Below, piece by piece: positions 38,101 through 47,649 of a DNA stretch of 64,000 nucleotides. A program made the translations under genes and the position numbers. The notes below the pieces were generated by a model. The model was not told where the DNA came from, did not search any database, and worked only from the letters and a program-made list of their open reading frames with translations. Positions within the stretch are counted from its first letter, which is position 1. Every line of letters begins with the position of its first letter. Origin of the DNA: Klebsormidium nitens (Eukaryota; Plantae; Klebsormidiophyceae); the NCBI GenBank assembly GCA_000708835.1, contig DF237083.1:113040-177039 (forward strand), read 5' to 3'.

Positions 38101-41100
38101 ACTCAAATGTGGTCTAGACGAAAGAGTGACCCATCCGCTGCTTCTTGCAGGTATCACACTGTCACGACGCAGTTGTTTATGTCTTAGCCCCGCTGCGGTA
38201 TGCCTCCATCTTTGGGTGCACAGACTGCATCGTGGTCCTCGGAGCTACTGGGAAGGTGAGTCTTCTTCCAATGTTGTCGTGACTTTGGTGGAATCGGCAC
38301 TGCTCCTTACAACCTATAGGTATCCGTCAGAGCACCCGATCCTCTGGCGTTGCAAATGCATTCGATTGCCGCTTTCCAAGTTCACCTCTTCCATTCATTC
38401 TACGCGATGTGGCTCGCTCAAGATCCGTGTCAAAACCCACTTCGATAAATAAAGCGGCTGCTTAGTGCTCTGCACAACGTTGCTCGATTCTGGAAAACTT
38501 GCTGCCATTCAAAGGTGCTGATGCCATAAGCACAAGTTTGCGCACATACAGTGATCCTAAAACCAAATTCAGCGCCTTTTCACACTCATCCATGCGGGCC
38601 TGCAGGCAGTCAAGGTGGAGCACTGTGAACGGGTCCAGCTGCTGGCGCCGTGCGCGCGCATCCGGATCGCCAACTGCCGCGAGTGCGTGTTCTACTTGGG
38701 GACGAACCAGAACCCGCTCGTGCTCGGGGACAACCACAAGATACAGGTGTGGCCTAGAAGAGTGCTTTTGTCTCAAAATTAATCCTGCAATGGATGACAC
38801 TCTGAAGGACAAGAACTTTTCACGAGCCTTGGCTATGCACGCCTTTCGTTTGTTCGTTTCTATCAGCTCCGATCGATCCTGGTTGAAGTTCCCCAACCTC
38901 GCAGCGAGTTCGTCCCTTGCTGCAAGCAGTTGGATGCGTAGTCTGCTTTGTGTTTATGAGCCGGTTTGTGATCAATATATCGAGAAACCGTAAGCGTACA
39001 CCGCAAACCCAGGTAACAACACACTCTACCTGCATGCGGGCGTGCACTTAGCGGAGGCTTTCAGAGTTGCATAAGGGCCCTAAACACCATGGATTTGGGT
39101 GCCCGATTCAATATATTGAACTTTCGACGCAACCACCCGACGTCACTCATTCGCCAGGTGGCGCTTCAAGGATAACCTCACCTGCGCCGCTGAACAAGCA
39201 CTCGCCGAAACAGGAGACCGTGGCCTGTCAACTACATGGTTCAATGAAGAATCAAACGAAGACACTCTCTAGCTTTAACCCTGAGCTCAAATGTATAACC
39301 GGCAATCGTTAACTGCCAGGTGGCGCCGTACAACACGTTCTACCCACGCCTGGACGCGCATCTGGCGGAAGTGGGGGTGGACCCTTCGGTCAACATGTGG
39401 AACGTGCCCATCACGCTCGGCAAGACGGACCCACACGACCCCAACCTGCCGACAGCTGGCGCCGCGGACGGGGAGTCGGAGACGGCGGCGCTGCTGCCGC
39501 CAGAGCGGTTTGTACCGTTTGTGGTGGGTTGTCGCTCTGGTCCTGCTGCGCCTCTGTAACTTGTTCTGCAAATGCTCGTTTGTTCTTGCCTTGTTACATG
39601 CTCTGCCGTCGATGTCCGTTGCAGATGGGGAAATAAGGGACGGCAGTTGCTGCTGTCGGCCGAGCGCTTTGGATCACGGTAATGTGTTGCAGATTAGACT
39701 GGTTTGCTGGCCCGTGTTCACTCCTTTTCAACTCCATTGACTCACTCCATATCCCGATGTCCGTGGTTTGGGGCTCGAAGTTGACCACACCTCTGCTGCG
39801 CCCAGAGCTTGGCCGTCTGTGCTACATCTAACTGCCCGTTTCAATTTCCTTTTCTCTGCCGTTGTCCATGGCTTGTTTCAAATTAAGATTTGTTCCGCAG
39901 CGGTTTGTTTGTCCACCGCAACGTTCTGTTCGTTCACCGAACGTTTCGCCATTCTGTTGCACCATGGACGTCCCTCTCAAGCAAACCGCCGGCTCTGTCG
40001 GCGTTCCCTCAGGTTCCGTTCCGGACTCCCGCGACGCCCTCGTCCCCCACGGAACAGCAGCAGCAGGCGACACGGGCCAACCCGTTTGTGCTGCCAAAGG
40101 CGTATCTCCAGGCGCTCCAGCAAAAGGTGAAGAAATTTGTCAGAGCATTACTTGTTCTTTTGGTGTGGGCCGTTTTATTGAGGCCTTGGAATAGACGGTG
40201 CTGAGAACTTAAAGCAAAGAGCCATCCTAAATGATGAGTGTCTGGACTATCACGTCGTTCAAATTCAGCAGCTAATGCGAGACCCTAGCCGAGCTTTGAG
40301 ATCCACCTCGTTAGAAAAGGTATTGCAAGGTTCAGTTTTCGCACCCTCAAACACGAGACTTCAAGAGTTTGTGTGCTTTTGTGGTTCGGGACAGCAAGCA
40401 CTTCGCAACCCGACGTGTATGATTGCGTCTCGGGTTTTTTGTGGGCTGGAGCTCAGTAGCAATCAACTCTTTTGACACAAGCTCAGACTGTCTTCTGGGT
40501 TCCGGCAAAGAAGATTTCAGTGTTTTGCTCCCTTCTTGCCTGTTACTTCTGGGGGGAACAAACGATGGGAGGAACACAACGAACTGTAAAGCTTGCACTT
40601 GAAGCAGTACCTATCAAGACTTCACACAGTCAACATAAACTTGGGTGTCAATGCGGGCCCGACAGATTTCATTTGCAAATTTTGACACTATTTCCGGTCT
40701 GCAGACGAAGACGGTGGAGACGCTGCGTCAGACGCTGAAGACGGCGGTTCTGGAGGAGAACAAAAAGAAGGAGCTGACAAACGTCATCCAAGCACATTTC
40801 AAGGAATGGTTGCTTGGTAAGTCACGCTTTTTCAAGGAGTGGCAAACTGCCACAAATCGTTTCTTGATTGCAACAGGCCAGATGATGTCTGTGGGTTGAA
40901 TGATTGTACACGTGATCTGCTTGGGTGACCTTTTCATGTAAGGCACCAAAGGATTTTTGGATCAATCCTTGGATTTCCGCTCAGCCTATGCCTTCTGCCT
41001 GAAGGAGATTCTTGGCAAGGAGGCGTCCCCTGTGGCAGTCTTACTCCTGATTGATCACCCGGTGTGCTGAGCTTTCTTCAAGGTTGGCTGAGTTCTCATT

Positions 41101-41325
41101 CTTGGTTATTTCAGCTCCCTGGACTTTGGACTTCATCCGACCATGTTGGGAACACCTTGGTATTGTTCAAGATTCGTTCAAGAGCTTTGCAAGCCGTTGG
41201 AATGGTGGTTTTTGTTGTCATGCACATGCGCTCGAGGATTATGCTGATGCAATTCGTTTTGCTGTGCAGCTTCGGGGAACATTAGGCAAGTGTATGATCT
41301 GGCCCGCTTAGATAGGGACCCCTAG
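35196..41325 (+). CDS. TBCCD1: TBCC domain-containing protein 1, 9 exons
   Basis: Exons 35196-35675, 36176-36304, 37103-37501, 38151-38255, 38606-38746, 39320-39523, 40013-40126, 40705-40816, 41270-41325. Motifs RREPFEFGLLP, CHDAVVYVLAPLRYASIFGCTDCIVVLGA, VAPYNTFY, NPFVLPKAY, QAHFKEWL.ASGNIRQVYDL. Confidence 0.92.
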
Positions 41326-42245
41326 GCGGTTCGCCCTCCTCAATCCTTCAGCGAAAGCACAGTCTGTGAGTGTGAGCTTGGGTGGGAAGCCCTGCCTAAT
41401 CTGCTGAAAGGCGTTTGTGCCTTATCTTTTGCTTTCGCGCAATGGTTGAATGGCGTGCCGCTCAGTATCTTGCACATGATCCGTTATGGCCGAGGTTGCA
41501 AATTGCAATCATCTTTCTGAGCTTCTGGATGCAAGATTGGTGTGCAAACGCTGCAATTGGCAGAGAGTGGTAGTAGCACAGTCCGTTTGTTCGTTTGGGT
41601 GCGGCTAATATGAAACATTAGTCGATCTGCCAGTATCAGGCGTTACCGCACACATATATCATTTGACCTTTTCGTCATCTACGAAGAACTGTTAGGTATT
41701 TCCAAAAAGTTTTGCAGGGCCTGAAAATAAATCTGATTAGTAACGAAGTTATGGGTGGTCGGAAAGTTGAATCCTTGCAGAAAAGCTTAAGTACATGTAT
41801 GTATGTTGGCGTGCCATACTGTACCTATTATATGTACGGAGGTGTGGAAACCTAATGCCAAAAGAGAATGGCCACCTTTCTCGGAGCGTCTGTCGGGGTT
41901 GTTCTTGAAATCAAATCGGTTGACGATCAGGCCTTTTGATCCGGTGTCACTGAGGATCGTCAGACATGCGTGCGGTCTGACGAGGAGGTCTTGGTTCTTG
42001 ACACTGGGCAAATGTCTGACCGTGGGTTAAGCGAACTTGAATGCTTTGGGAGTACGTCATTTCAGTTGTTTATTTTGTGCCGTTGTCGACGGGAGTCGAC
42101 GGTGGCGTTTGACTCCGTTGGAAAATCCATGATGAATGACTAAATGGATTTAGAGTGCGTTCGGGGCCACAATAGGCCTAGTGGACTGTTCTCTAGTCTA
42201 CTCTGCCTGATATTGCAACTTTCTATTTTGCATACTTACATTTAT

Positions 42246-42826
42246 NNNNNNNNNNNNNNNNNNNNNNNNNNNNNNNNNNNNNNNNNNNNNNNNNNNNNNN
42301 NNNNNNNNNNNNNNNNNNNNNNNNNNNNNNNNNNNNNNNNNNNNNNNNNNNNNNNNNNNNNNNNNNNNNNNNNNNNNNNNNNNNNNNNNNNNNNNNNNNN
42401 NNNNNNNNNNNNNNNNNNNNNNNNNNNNNNNNNNNNNNNNNNNNNNNNNNNNNNNNNNNNNNNNNNNNNNNNNNNNNNNNNNNNNNNNNNNNNNNNNNNN
42501 NNNNNNNNNNNNNNNNNNNNNNNNNNNNNNNNNNNNNNNNNNNNNNNNNNNNNNNNNNNNNNNNNNNNNNNNNNNNNNNNNNNNNNNNNNNNNNNNNNNN
42601 NNNNNNNNNNNNNNNNNNNNNNNNNNNNNNNNNNNNNNNNNNNNNNNNNNNNNNNNNNNNNNNNNNNNNNNNNNNNNNNNNNNNNNNNNNNNNNNNNNNN
42701 NNNNNNNNNNNNNNNNNNNNNNNNNNNNNNNNNNNNNNNNNNNNNNNNNNNNNNNNNNNNNNNNNNNNNNNNNNNNNNNNNNNNNNNNNNNNNNNNNNNN
42801 NNNNNNNNNNNNNNNNNNNNNNNNNN
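42246..42826. other. Assembly gap (581 N) at the host/virus junction
   Basis: Run of N directly visible. Confidence 1.
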
Positions 42827-42944
42827 GTGTGTGCAACTAGAAAGGACCGCAAAAAAACTTTTGAATATCACTGAGGCCGCACCGAGGCCGCACAGGACTC
42901 GCGCGCGCTCGCGTAGAATCTGGACAAGTGCCTAACCGAGCCCC

Positions 42945-43182
42945 GTGTAGGGTTGTAGGGTGTAGGGTATGTTTTACTTCCTTTATATTCATTTTTACTC
43001 TCTCCCCTTATGAGATAAAGAATAACCCTACATACCCTACATACTCTACATTCAGTATATAGTGAAAAAAGAAAAAGGTTTTAAAATGAGACTGAAGTCA
43101 GTGGCATATGAGATCAAAATTAATAATGTAGGGTTCGAGTAAATCACCGGCAAAACCCTACACGATCCGGCCAAACCCTCGG
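42945..43182. repeat. Cis-element A: TGTAGGG/CCCTACA iteron array around the core TTCAGTATATAGTGAA (43051-43066)
   Basis: About eight TGTAGGG-type motifs in both orientations, AT-rich spacers, and near-palindrome GACTGAAGTCAGT. Confidence 0.85.
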
Positions 43183-43620
43183 AATCCGCACAAGGGTCAC
43201 ACAAAATCCACACAGGGTTTGCTCCTATTTCTAACCTTCTCTGAATCTACGCGGACTCGCGGCTCAAAGGCAGGAAGTTCCATGCAACGTATAAACGGCG
43301 GCTTCTCTGACGGGCATTGGAAAGGATAGAAACGAGGTCTGTCAAAGTATGGCGGGAGGCCTGCCGGACCTGGTTTCCCCTAATCAGCCACCTAATTCTC
43401 TAAATCCTACGCCTGCAGCAGTTGGCCGGCAATTTGATTATTCCAGAAAGCTCGGCGCTCGGCGTGGTAAGTTATACATGGCCACTGAATTGGTCTTCTT
43501 CTGACGATCATTATAGGAGGATTTTATGTTGGTGTTGATGGCAACATGGTGTACCTTCTCAAGGAGTACACCAACCAGCCCTACTTGACTGTGATTGTCG
43601 GAGCTCCTATTCTTCTGCAG

Positions 43621-44418
43621 ACCTGGGAGGTACAAATGTGACAGACACCACTATTGGAGATGAGTTTGTTCGAGCAGTTCATCTTGCACTCAATCGCAGC
43701 CTTCACATGTCAGGAGGTATGTTCCAAGTTTTCATGATTGTTTCATATCTAAAATTGGTTATGAAGTACTCTATGCTGGTAACTTGTAACACTAAGATAA
43801 TCTGTTCTCGAATGGACCTATCATGATCCAGACTAACGTCGCTGACATTCTCAACATAGCCTTTTGTCCTGTGCAGGATTCCGAACTGTTCCAGATCAGG
43901 CAGTGGCAAATGCTGTCAATCAGGCTCTAGCGCACCCTGTTACTGGACTATCAGCACTTGTCAACCAGGCCCTTGCTGATCCTGTTACTGGTCTGGGAGC
44001 TGTTGTCAACCAAGCCTTGGCACATCCTGTTACTGGTCTAGCGGCTGTTGTCAATCAGGCCATGACTCCCATCTCTCGAAACATAGAATGCCAGCAAGCC
44101 AAGAGTCATAATCATCAGTCCATCGGACGCCGCAACGGATCCCTCCTGACTTTGTCTGATCCAGCCGGCAACATGCCCGCACCTGGACAATTCCCAAGAA
44201 GTGTTGAGGAGCTTAGTCATTTCAGCGATGGGGCAGTGGCAGTGAGGGCAGGAAACCACACGCGGATGTCTTACCTTCTGAATTTCTACGATGTCATTGA
44301 TGAGGTGACAGGTGCGGCTTTCCCTTCACCTCCGGGCGCTCTGCCGGCTGGTCCTGCAGGAGACACAGAATTGGAGCGGATGCAACGGGCTTTGGAAAGA
44401 TTTTTAAGTGAGATATAG
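43621..44418 (+). CDS. Spliced gene inside the viral element: 15-aa repeats plus Mug135-like C-terminal domain (tentative); 5' end unresolved
   Basis: Exons 43621-43716 and 43877-44418, with GTATGT donor, GACTAAC branch point and TGCAG acceptor, in frame. (VNQALA[H/D]PVTGL.A.)x3, then QAKSHN...G..P...FPRSVEEL...LLNFYD...RALERFL, resembling the fungal Mug135-like C-terminal pattern. Confidence 0.6.
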
Positions 44419-44638
44419 GTGAGGCTACCTTCAAACACAAATGAGTTTCTGCTTTTTGCAAGAGCTGATTTATCAAGCGAGTCAGCACTAGATCAGTTGT
44501 TGATACTTAAAGATCTGACCCCAAAGGCAAAGGAAAGAGGTTGGAGAAGAAGACCGCCAGGAGAGCTGACAAGAAGAATTAAGGTGACTTTCTGTTAGCA
44601 CTTAAAAGATTGTGCACTTTTATGTTAAAAAGAGCAAA

Positions 44639-45214
44639 ATGGTTTGTTACGAAGATGCCAAGATTTATGTGATCAGGAACACTCTGAATGACCTGCTTTA
44701 CATTGGAAGCACCACCATAGCTTTGTGCAAAAGGATGACCAGACACCGTTGCGACAGCAGAAAACAAAGATGCAATTCTTCAAAGTTCTACAAAGCTTTG
44801 GCAGAGTTGGGTTCTGAGCATTTCTTCATTGAACTTCTGGAAAAGTATCCGTGTGAGAGCATTGAAGAATTGAAGCGGTATGAGGGACAAATGATTAGAA
44901 AGTTCGATACAGTTAAGAACGGTTTCAATTCAGAGATTGCTGGACGTACGTCTCAAGAGTATAAGCAGGAAGAAAAAGAACTGATAAAGGCAAAATATGA
45001 TGAATCTGGACGTGCCAAAAAAGCTGAGTATTACCAGAATCATAAGGCTGAGAACCATGCAAGACAAAGGTCATGGAGACTAGCACATAAAGACGATGAA
45101 GCATTTCGTGAAGCGTGTCCGCTGTGTCTAAAAGAAATGAGGAGAGATTGCATAAAGCGACACATTAAAACTGTCCACAAAGAAGCCTCTACAGCTCCAC
45201 AATTTCTTGGCTGA
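44639..45214 (+). CDS. GIY-YIG endonuclease with C-terminal C2H2-like finger (191 aa)
   Basis: KIYVIRN...LYIGST...RMTRH, IELLEKYPC, E.Q.I...DTVKNGFN, as in NCLDV/PLV GIY-YIG proteins. CPLC...HIKTVH at the end. Confidence 0.88.
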   Translation: MVCYEDAKIYVIRNTLNDLLYIGSTTIALCKRMTRHRCDSRKQRCNSSKFYKALAELGSEHFFIELLEKYPCESIEELKRYEGQMIRKFDTVKNGFNSEIAGRTSQEYKQEEKELIKAKYDESGRAKKAEYYQNHKAENHARQRSWRLAHKDDEAFREACPLCLKEMRRDCIKRHIKTVHKEASTAPQFLG

Positions 45215-45229
45215 GTTCTGCTATCCTTT

Positions 45230-46439
45230 TTATGCATTTATCAATCTGCTCACGCAAGTCTTTGATTTGTTGCAGCTTGGCGGTCTTCTCGGCTTCCTTC
45301 GCGCTGCCTGCTCAGGTGTCGTAGCGATGTTATAAAAGCCTTGGATGTCGGCAGAATTTCCCATCTGGTAGGCAAGCTCCTCACGAGCCTTGATAGAAGG
45401 ATTAGTAGCTAGGAAAGCAGTGATTTTTAAATGCCTAAGACTATTGACCCCTAGGGAAGTTTTCATAGCCCGTTTGAAGGTATCCGTGACACACTTAGAG
45501 AACGTACCATTAGTGTAGGGATCCTTGTTTGTGTTTTCGAACAGATACTTTCGCTTGTGTTCTGCTAGATTTGTTTTAATCACATCGAATAGCACTCCAG
45601 TCAGCTTCGCCTCATACCTGTCGTATGTTTTTGCTGTTTTGTAATTGCCGATCACCATGTCCACGAATTTGTTTCGAGTATTTAGAAACATTTTGTTCGG
45701 CTCCTCGCTGCCGTTGAATTCTGTCTGGCTCTTAAACACCTCCATCTTGCCGTAATCTTTCAATCTCCTCGGTGGAATCAGTGTGTACATAGAGACCAGC
45801 AGATGATCTTTGCTCGCAAAGTCATCCTTTCGAAGTCGTTTCTCGCACTCTAGCACGTCTTTCCATTGCACAGGCTTGCCGTTCAGCATGATAGAAGCGA
45901 CCTTCGGTGCATTTTCTTTTGCTATATCTTGAGCTGCACCGGCAGCTTCCATCATGGCGTCGTAAAACTTTTGCTGGACAGTGTCAGCCACCTGCAGATT
46001 TGTATGTTTTATGAGCGAGACAAACGCTACCAAGTATCCTGTGCGCGAATTCATGTTTGGATACCGGTCGATGATGTACTTTATCACTTTGTCTGGCTGA
46101 TTGACTAGCTTCTGTATGTATGTTTTTCTCGTTGAGACAACCAGCAATAAAATTGGTCTTCCTGACGTAGTCTGTCTGCGTCTCTGAAGCCAGGTTCTGA
46201 TTGTTCTCAATCTGTCGTGTAGTCTCTTCGATTGTCACACTCTTTTCCTTTCCTTTTCCTTTGGCTGCCCGTCTGGCCGGCTTTGGTTTAGGTGGAGGTG
46301 GAGGTGGAGGTGGAGGTGGAGGGGCTGTTGCTTTGCTTCTGGTCGCTCTACCTACCGCCGCCGCAGCACCTGATGACCTTGGTTCGTCATCAATACTGAT
46401 CACTTTACCTGCGTTTTTGCTGGCTCGTGTTCTTGGCAT
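45230..46439 (-). pseudogene. Tyrosine recombinase/integrase, frameshifted by a 4-bp duplication
   Basis: Catalytic pattern PPRRLKDY (R), GNYKTAKTY (K), NSLRH, QMGNS, GFY (Y). ORFs 45984-46439 and 45230-46210 join into a 401-aa protein if one ATAC of AAC-ATAC-ATAC-AG (about 46114-46121) is removed. Confidence 0.88.
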
Positions 46440-46515
46440 ATTTTGCTTCTTTACTAGAAGGATAATATATAAAACTGGGGTCAGATGTCCGCATTATTTT
46501 CTTGTCAGAATTAAA

Positions 46516-46761
46516 ATGGATTACGATATACCAACAGATCCTGTAGAATTGAAAAGACTGCATGCATATTGCCAACGGCTATACTACCACAGCCTCCCAC
46601 CAGAAAAGAAACAAGTTCTGAATGAGAAACAGCGCATCAGATCTAGAGTGAAGTATCAAACCGACCCAGTACACGCTGAGAAAGTAAAAGAATATCAAAA
46701 GGCACGCTATCACCGTAAGAAAGCCGAGGCGAGTGCTTCGAACACGAATGAAGAAATTTAA
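46516..46761 (+). CDS. Small basic protein, paralogue 1 (Y..DP motif)
   Basis: MDYDIPTDPVELKRLHAY...VKYQTDPVHAEKVKEYQKARY. AT-rich upstream region; similar to the two downstream ORFs. Confidence 0.7.
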   Translation: MDYDIPTDPVELKRLHAYCQRLYYHSLPPEKKQVLNEKQRIRSRVKYQTDPVHAEKVKEYQKARYHRKKAEASASNTNEEI

Positions 46762-46816
46762 TTTTGGTAGAAAACAAAACTACTTAAAGGAATACTTCCT
46801 CTTCATATTAGTAAGA

Positions 46817-47168
46817 ATGGACGCGAAGCTGGATATCGAGGCACTGACTGAGAGCATCAAGGCATTTGTTTTGGCACAAGTCGCTGAACAGGCTGCTAAA
46901 AAGTCACCCCAACCTGTTTGGAGACACACTGCAAAACTTATACAAGGAGGATGCAGCGTATGCAGACAAAATTCGTACAGCTGCTCGCGAGCGTTTTCAC
47001 ACGCTGAGCAAAGAGGAACGTGACCAGATCAATCAACGAAGCAACGAACGCTACAAAAATGACCCCGACTACCGTGAAAAGAAAAAGCAGAGGGCGAAAG
47101 AGCGGTCGGCTAGACTGAGGGATGAGCGTCGGGCAGCGAGGGCGGCCGCCGCAGCTCTCAGAACTTAA
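46817..47168 (+). pseudogene. Small basic protein, paralogue 2, with a +1 frameshift at about 46940
   Basis: MDAKLDIEAL...HTAKL in one frame and YKEDAAY...YKNDPDYREKKKQRAKER in the +1 frame. Removing one base from CTT-A-TAC gives TAKLYKED, which aligns with SAKRYHED of paralogue 3. Confidence 0.7.
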
Positions 47169-47235
47169 TTTTTTTGAATTTGCACAAAAAAAGCACTTAA
47201 GAACAATTCAATATATCTGCTTAGTATAAGCAAAC

Positions 47236-47562
47236 ATGGAGGCAATCGCCGACCAACTGCACAGTCTAAAGATCGACCCGGCAAAGTGCGAGGTGAAAAT
47301 TGTTGTCAACAGGGTATACAGCACCAGTGCCAAGCGTTATCACGAAGACCCAAAGTACCGTGAGTCCGTGAAATCAGCGTCACGTGCCCGTACACAGAAG
47401 CTGACGCCCGAACAGAAGGAAGCGAACAAAAAGAGGGTTTTGGACAAGTATCACAGTGATCCTATCTACCGGGCAAAAGCCTTACAGCGTGCACAGGAGC
47501 GACGTGCTCGGAAGAAGGAAGAAAATGCCCGGTTGAAAGCTGAAAAGAAGGGCGAACCCTAA
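47236..47562 (+). CDS. Small basic protein, paralogue 3 (108 aa)
   Basis: YHEDPKYRESVK...KYHSDPIYRAKALQRAQERR. Conserved promoter motif upstream. Confidence 0.75.
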   Translation: MEAIADQLHSLKIDPAKCEVKIVVNRVYSTSAKRYHEDPKYRESVKSASRARTQKLTPEQKEANKKRVLDKYHSDPIYRAKALQRAQERRARKKEENARLKAEKKGEP

Positions 47563-47649
47563 ATATCAAATATTATTATTTTTGTCTTTTAATTTGCACA
47601 AATGAAAAACTACTTAAGGATAATATCTTACAGAATAGTAAAAAGCAAA

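Noticed and set aside
42144-42935. ORFs of about 210-260 aa spanning the N run
   Set aside because: Artefacts of translating N bases.
46201-46515. N-terminal extension of ORF 46201-46761 (poly-Gly)
   Set aside because: It is the antisense of the recombinase poly-Pro arm; the real start is ATG 46516.
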